A DNA stretch of 64,000 nt, taken from contig CM097885.1 in assembly GCA_044892525.1 (NCBI GenBank), forward strand, positions 3,288,001-3,352,000, given 5' to 3'. The stretch comes from Schmidtea polychroa (taxonomy: Eukaryota). Under the pieces are notes generated by a model. It searched no databases. It saw nothing but the letters and a program-made list of their open reading frames with translations, and was not told where the DNA came from. A program made the translations under genes and the position numbers. This document shows, piece by piece, positions 56,111 through 64,000 of this stretch (position 1 is its first letter; each line of letters starts with the position of its first letter).

Positions 56111-58159
56111 GTATAGAGCTACACTGTAAGATAAATTGATAAATGCTAAAAGGAACAAAGGCGGATAATATCGAACTTTAATAAGAACCATAAAAAGTAA
56201 GAGAAAATATAATGTTTATCTAAAATGATGTATAAGTAGGTAGATAATAGGCGTCAGCTCCCTCTAATAATCACGTCCAAGAATATCCAGAATTAGTAAT
56301 TTCTCTTGCTAAATTTCTCCTACACAGAATCATTTCGCAAATTTTCTTGTTCTTACATAATTGCAAAAACTCTTTTATAATGTTTGCTGCTTGAGATGCG
56401 TCAAATTCAGTAGAAAAATTTGAAGTATATACGACAAAAGGTAAATATGCGGGTATAGCTCGTGCGATACCAGCGCTAAAAGTTTCACAATATTTTCACA
56501 ATTTGAAAAAACAAAATTCTGATTAGTAAAACTTTACAACAAAAAATTTCACATCAAATTGCAAAGCAAGTGCAAGGCAAATGCAATAAAATGAATCAAA
56601 ATTGTAAAAAAAGTCAAATAATTAAAACAAACAATTTTATTTAACAAACATCAAATTTCAAAACTTAAAATAGCCTTATCGACTTTATATTTCTCTCACT
56701 TCTATGCTAGAAGTCCTAATACAATAAATTAATATAAATCATATAAAATAAAAAAATTAAAAACTATTCATACCTGGGTCATGCAAGCAAAGCCATTATT
56801 CTATTTTGGGTACCAAAACAATAGCTTCAAAAAAATATATAATTATTCAAATTCAATTCCACAAACATTCCTTTTATCTATTTTACCTACAGCTTTTAAT
56901 GTAAGTCCACTTATGGATGACATTATGACACCTAAATTTACGCCTAACGCCTTTACAATACCTTCTAATTGTTTGGATGACATCAGAAATAAAAAATTTC
57001 ATTCACAAATATCGGATTTTTCCTTTATTAGTGCGACCTTGACAGTTAATATTAATTTACTTTAATTTAATTATGTTAATTTTATATCTTCATTATTATT
57101 AAATATTTAATACAATTATTAATAATTAATAAATTAATAATTAAAATACAAGCAGCGGTTAATTTGCTGCCGGCATGTCAAGACCAATTGCAACGTAAGT
57201 CGGACAAAATTGTAACATTTTTATAATAAAGTTTTGAAAGATTAGTCTATTTGTATAACCTTTGACCAATCAGAATAAAGCATTCGTATTGTAATGTCTT
57301 TGTTAATCAAAAACAAAAATCATATTAATACATTTATTCAAATTATAAATTAATGGAAATTTAAATATTGATGATTTGTTTTAAAGAGTTTGACAATTCT
57401 AATTTCAGTTGTATGGGCTGACGGTTGATTTTTGGAAGTTCTTTCATTATTATATTGAATTGATATTTTGATTTATTTGAGTATGATTTTATGAAATATT
57501 GAAGATTATCTTTTGAATTACCATTGATTTCTATAATGCAAGTATTGCATTTTTAAAATCAGTTTTGATAGTACCAAGGGTTTTATTGAAATACTTAATA
57601 TCTTCATATATTTTGGTACGAACTTTTACCAAAGTTTCTTATGCCAAGGCATTATTTCGCTCTGTGCGGTTCATATATGTGGCGCTCCTAAAACCCGAAT
57701 TCAAAACAGCCTACAATAATAATTATAATGTTCATGTTAAGATTGTTAACTATGTATTCATCTCCAGCTATTATAATAGGTAGTAATGCTCTTAAAATTC
57801 TGTTGCTAATTGTAAAAAATGACAGGAACCCATTTTGTGGACTAATATTTTACAAAATACACACCTACGAAGGCACGCTAATGGACCAGTCAAATCAGCA
57901 ATGTTAAAGATAGGCTAGCTAGGGCGTCGTTTTGCAGGCCATTTGATAATTTCTTTAATTTATATTTTGTTATTTTTTGGTAACATTAAAAATGTTACAT
58001 TCCAATTTTGCGCCCCTTTCAGATGTGCCCCTGTGCGACTGCACCGCTCGCACCACCCTTGTTACGACCTGATAATAATTATTTCAATTTTATTATAATT
58101 TCCATTGTAGATTTTTTTATTACAGACTTATTACGTATTATAAATAAATAAATAATTTA

Positions 58160-59040
58160 AATCTATAAATTATGGATTCGAATAGAAAAGATAAAAAAAG
58201 AAAAACCAGAAAACCAATAACTAAAGAAGTCCTGGGCTTCATCAAGAATCTGAACGATGGCGGTGATCCCCCGATGAAAATCCCTAAAGATTTAAACTTA
58301 TAAATGGTTGAGAATACTTGAAAATGGAACAATTAACTTGCATCATGTTTTAAAAAAAGTCCGGACCCAAAATCAAAGGTATAACTGAAAAGGTTTTGAA
58401 AATAGTAGAATGTTTTCAGAATGATACAACTTATGCTCAAAATAGGGTTGTTGAAGCATTAAATAATGAAAACATATCAATTTGTCCGGCATCTGTTAGT
58501 AATTATGCAAAAAAGTTGGGTTTGACAAGAAAAAGATTGAAAATTGTCAGTGAAAAGGTAATATCTTTAGAAATTACTGCAAAGAGAAAAGTTTTGCCCT
58601 TAATTATCGCAAATTTAACGATTCTAGTTTGCTGTATCTAGATCAGCGGTTCTGAACCTTTTCTTTAGTTGTACCCCCAAGAGAAAAAGTATATTTATGA
58701 AATGAAGAATATTTATTTTAATTGCTAAAGTTCTAAAATTGAAACATGACGTCATACAGAACAAGAAATTCTAATCAACAATAAAAATTAATATTGTAAT
58801 TATTGTGTAACATTGGTAAGATAATGGGGTTGCGCGTACCCCTAGGGGTACGCGTATAACCGTTTGAAAACCTCTGATTTAGATGAAACTGGATTTAACC
58901 TACATACCTATTGGTATGAATATGTGGAACAAGTTATTGATTCAATGAATAATGACGAGAATTTGTCCTTTGGTAACTTTTTTCGAAACACGAGGAGATA
59001 TTTCGATCTTGCAATTAATGGAAATAGGCTCCATGATATT
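58160..59040 (+). pseudogene. IS630/Tc1-like transposase relic, frameshifted and interrupted
   Basis: HTH-like SVSNYAKKLGLTRKRL; removing the MITE restores LLYLDETGFNLH, the first catalytic-D motif. Confidence 0.7.
58644..58876. mobile_element. hAT-Charlie-like MITE inserted in the transposase relic
   Basis: Ends CAGCGGTTCTGAACC ... GTTTGAAAACCTCTG; TSD ATCTAGAT/ATTTAGAT. Confidence 0.8.
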
Positions 59041-59159
59041 TAAATAAAATATATTTTTTAATTTGATAATTTTCTAGAAAATGAATTTACATGTAACTAT
59101 TTAAATTATTTATTTTATAATTAATAATATTTTATTTATAATACGTAATAATATTATAA

Positions 59160-59323
59160 GAACTTTTCTTTCCAATTTCACCACTGATTTCTTTTCCATT
59201 GTATTTATTAAAAAACTTGAAAACTATGAATCAGTAAATATATATTGACTGATTCTTAGTCTTCAAGCTTTTTAATAGATACGATGAAAAAGAAATCAGT
59301 GGTGAAATTGGAAAGAAAAGTTC
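59160..59323. repeat. 164-bp near-perfect hairpin (foldback MITE-like)
   Basis: GAACTTTTCTTTCCAATTTCACCACTGATTTCTTTT pairs with AAAAGAAATCAGTGGTGAAATTGGAAAGAAAAGTTC; imperfect pairing continues to a central ATATAT. Confidence 0.85.
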
Positions 59324-59406
59324 ATAGGAAATTATAATATTCACAAGATAATATCATCATCAAATACTCAGATATAAACATTTATTTATTAAAATAATAT
59401 AATTAC

Positions 59407-62705
<3,299 letters not shown>

Positions 62706-64000
62706 CTAAACGCAAATCAAATATATATTTAGCGCAATTCTATTGGATCAAATTAAAGAAATACCTATTTCATATTTTACCACGTGACAGTCAATAAAAC
62801 CGCATATAATATTACAAAATAATGAATAATTTATATTATAATAATATCTACAACATATCAAAAGCTAATATTTTTATAAATATATATTTTCTTATTGTTA
62901 AAAAAGTATTTTTAAATATTGAAACACGCCATTTTGTATAGAATTTCTCTCTCATGTCAATGGCATACAACTTTACATAGCCAATTGTGTATATGCCGAC
63001 AAAACCGCAGAAAATCGAGAACTGAGAGAAGAGAACCTACTATTGAAATTGAAATCGACAATCTTGAAGGAACCTTGTTCACCCCTCCAGATGAAAGAAT
63101 CGATCTAGCGCGTTCACAGATTGGGACATTGTCGAGACAGCCAGGTTCACTGAAAGTAATAATACAAGAGTAGTCACAGGCATTGTATCAGGTATATACC
63201 AAACGGAGTTGGAAACGCGGGTCACCGGTCTGGTATTAGCAGAAGGAATAATATATTGCATACCCTTCATCTGACATTGACGTCGGAGATTATGTTATCC
63301 GCCTCTTGCGCAGGATGTTCGTCACTGGTAACCACCGCATCGATCCAACCTTTTTCGATCCCTCCAGTTTCTATTCCATTTATTGACCTCAGTAGCTCGA
63401 CCCCAGTTCCTCCAAGCGTCAAGCCCAATAGGCAAAGCCTTTCGCGTTCCGATCTAAATGCAAAGAAGCAAAAAAGGAAGGACATAGCATAGCGCAAGTT
63501 ATTCTCAGATCTTGTTCCACCCGAGTTGGATCTGGAGGTGGCGGAGTTGAGATTTACCCTATCTGCCGGATGTCAACGTCTTTGAATTAGACGACCTATT
63601 GTACAACATAGAAAAAAAGTGACCGTTGACTGGCCTAACTTTGATCAACGAGTGAAGATATTCATTATTTTTGTCTACAATAATAATATGAATTGAATGG
63701 TTTTCAAGTTGTTGTATTTTTTTTGATAGTTAAATATGAGTATAATAATCTCCATCCCTAGATTTCCGTTGTTACTAGTACGTGACAAATACAGAATTTC
63801 ACTTTACGAACGAACCTTCATCAACCAGTGTTGGGATTTGGTAGATAACTGACTCACTTCCAAGGATATCTTTGACGTAAGACTTTCTATTGGCAGTCGC
63901 GAACCCGATTGAGAGTATGGGAGAGAGTAGTTTTAAGGCAGAAGCTCACCTGTCTCCTGACTCTCAACGGCAGTATACATCAATAACATGACAGGTGTCA

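Noticed and set aside
56450..56485. 5S rRNA-like start (TGCGATACCAGCGCTAA)
   Set aside because: Similarity is under 20 bp and there are no internal promoter boxes.
62919..64000. GC-richer region with several short ORFs
   Set aside because: Frames are broken and no domain was recognised; possibly a retroelement relic, but unsupported.

Overview
This is AT-rich animal genomic DNA with many 40-60 bp introns. It is most likely from a triclad planarian, because it encodes a planarin-family prohormone with the peptide LIDPMTFGSGFANL. Bases 1-37147 hold the 5' part of a CEP290 gene on the minus strand (8 exons, 911 codons reconstructed by hand) whose introns are swollen by satellites. The rest carries a planarin/SPP-8-like neuropeptide gene, ODF3, an intronless glutaminyl-tRNA synthetase lacking the eukaryotic N-terminal domain, EAF6, an uncharacterised spliced gene and many MITEs or transposase relics. 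The main discovery lies in a 21-kb CEP290 intron: a 17,507-bp non-coding element (13099-30605) with Polinton/Maverick hallmarks (5'-AGTAG...CTACT-3' ends, perfect 6-bp target duplication ATTGCT). Its inverted repeats are about 8.2-8.4 kb each, so almost the whole element is one palindrome around a ~0.9-kb spacer. It has terminal hairpins, ordered repeat modules, a nested TIR element mirrored in both arms and a ~2-kb homogenised tract. A related terminus relic lies just upstream of the GlnRS gene. All alignments were done by eye; no searches were run.
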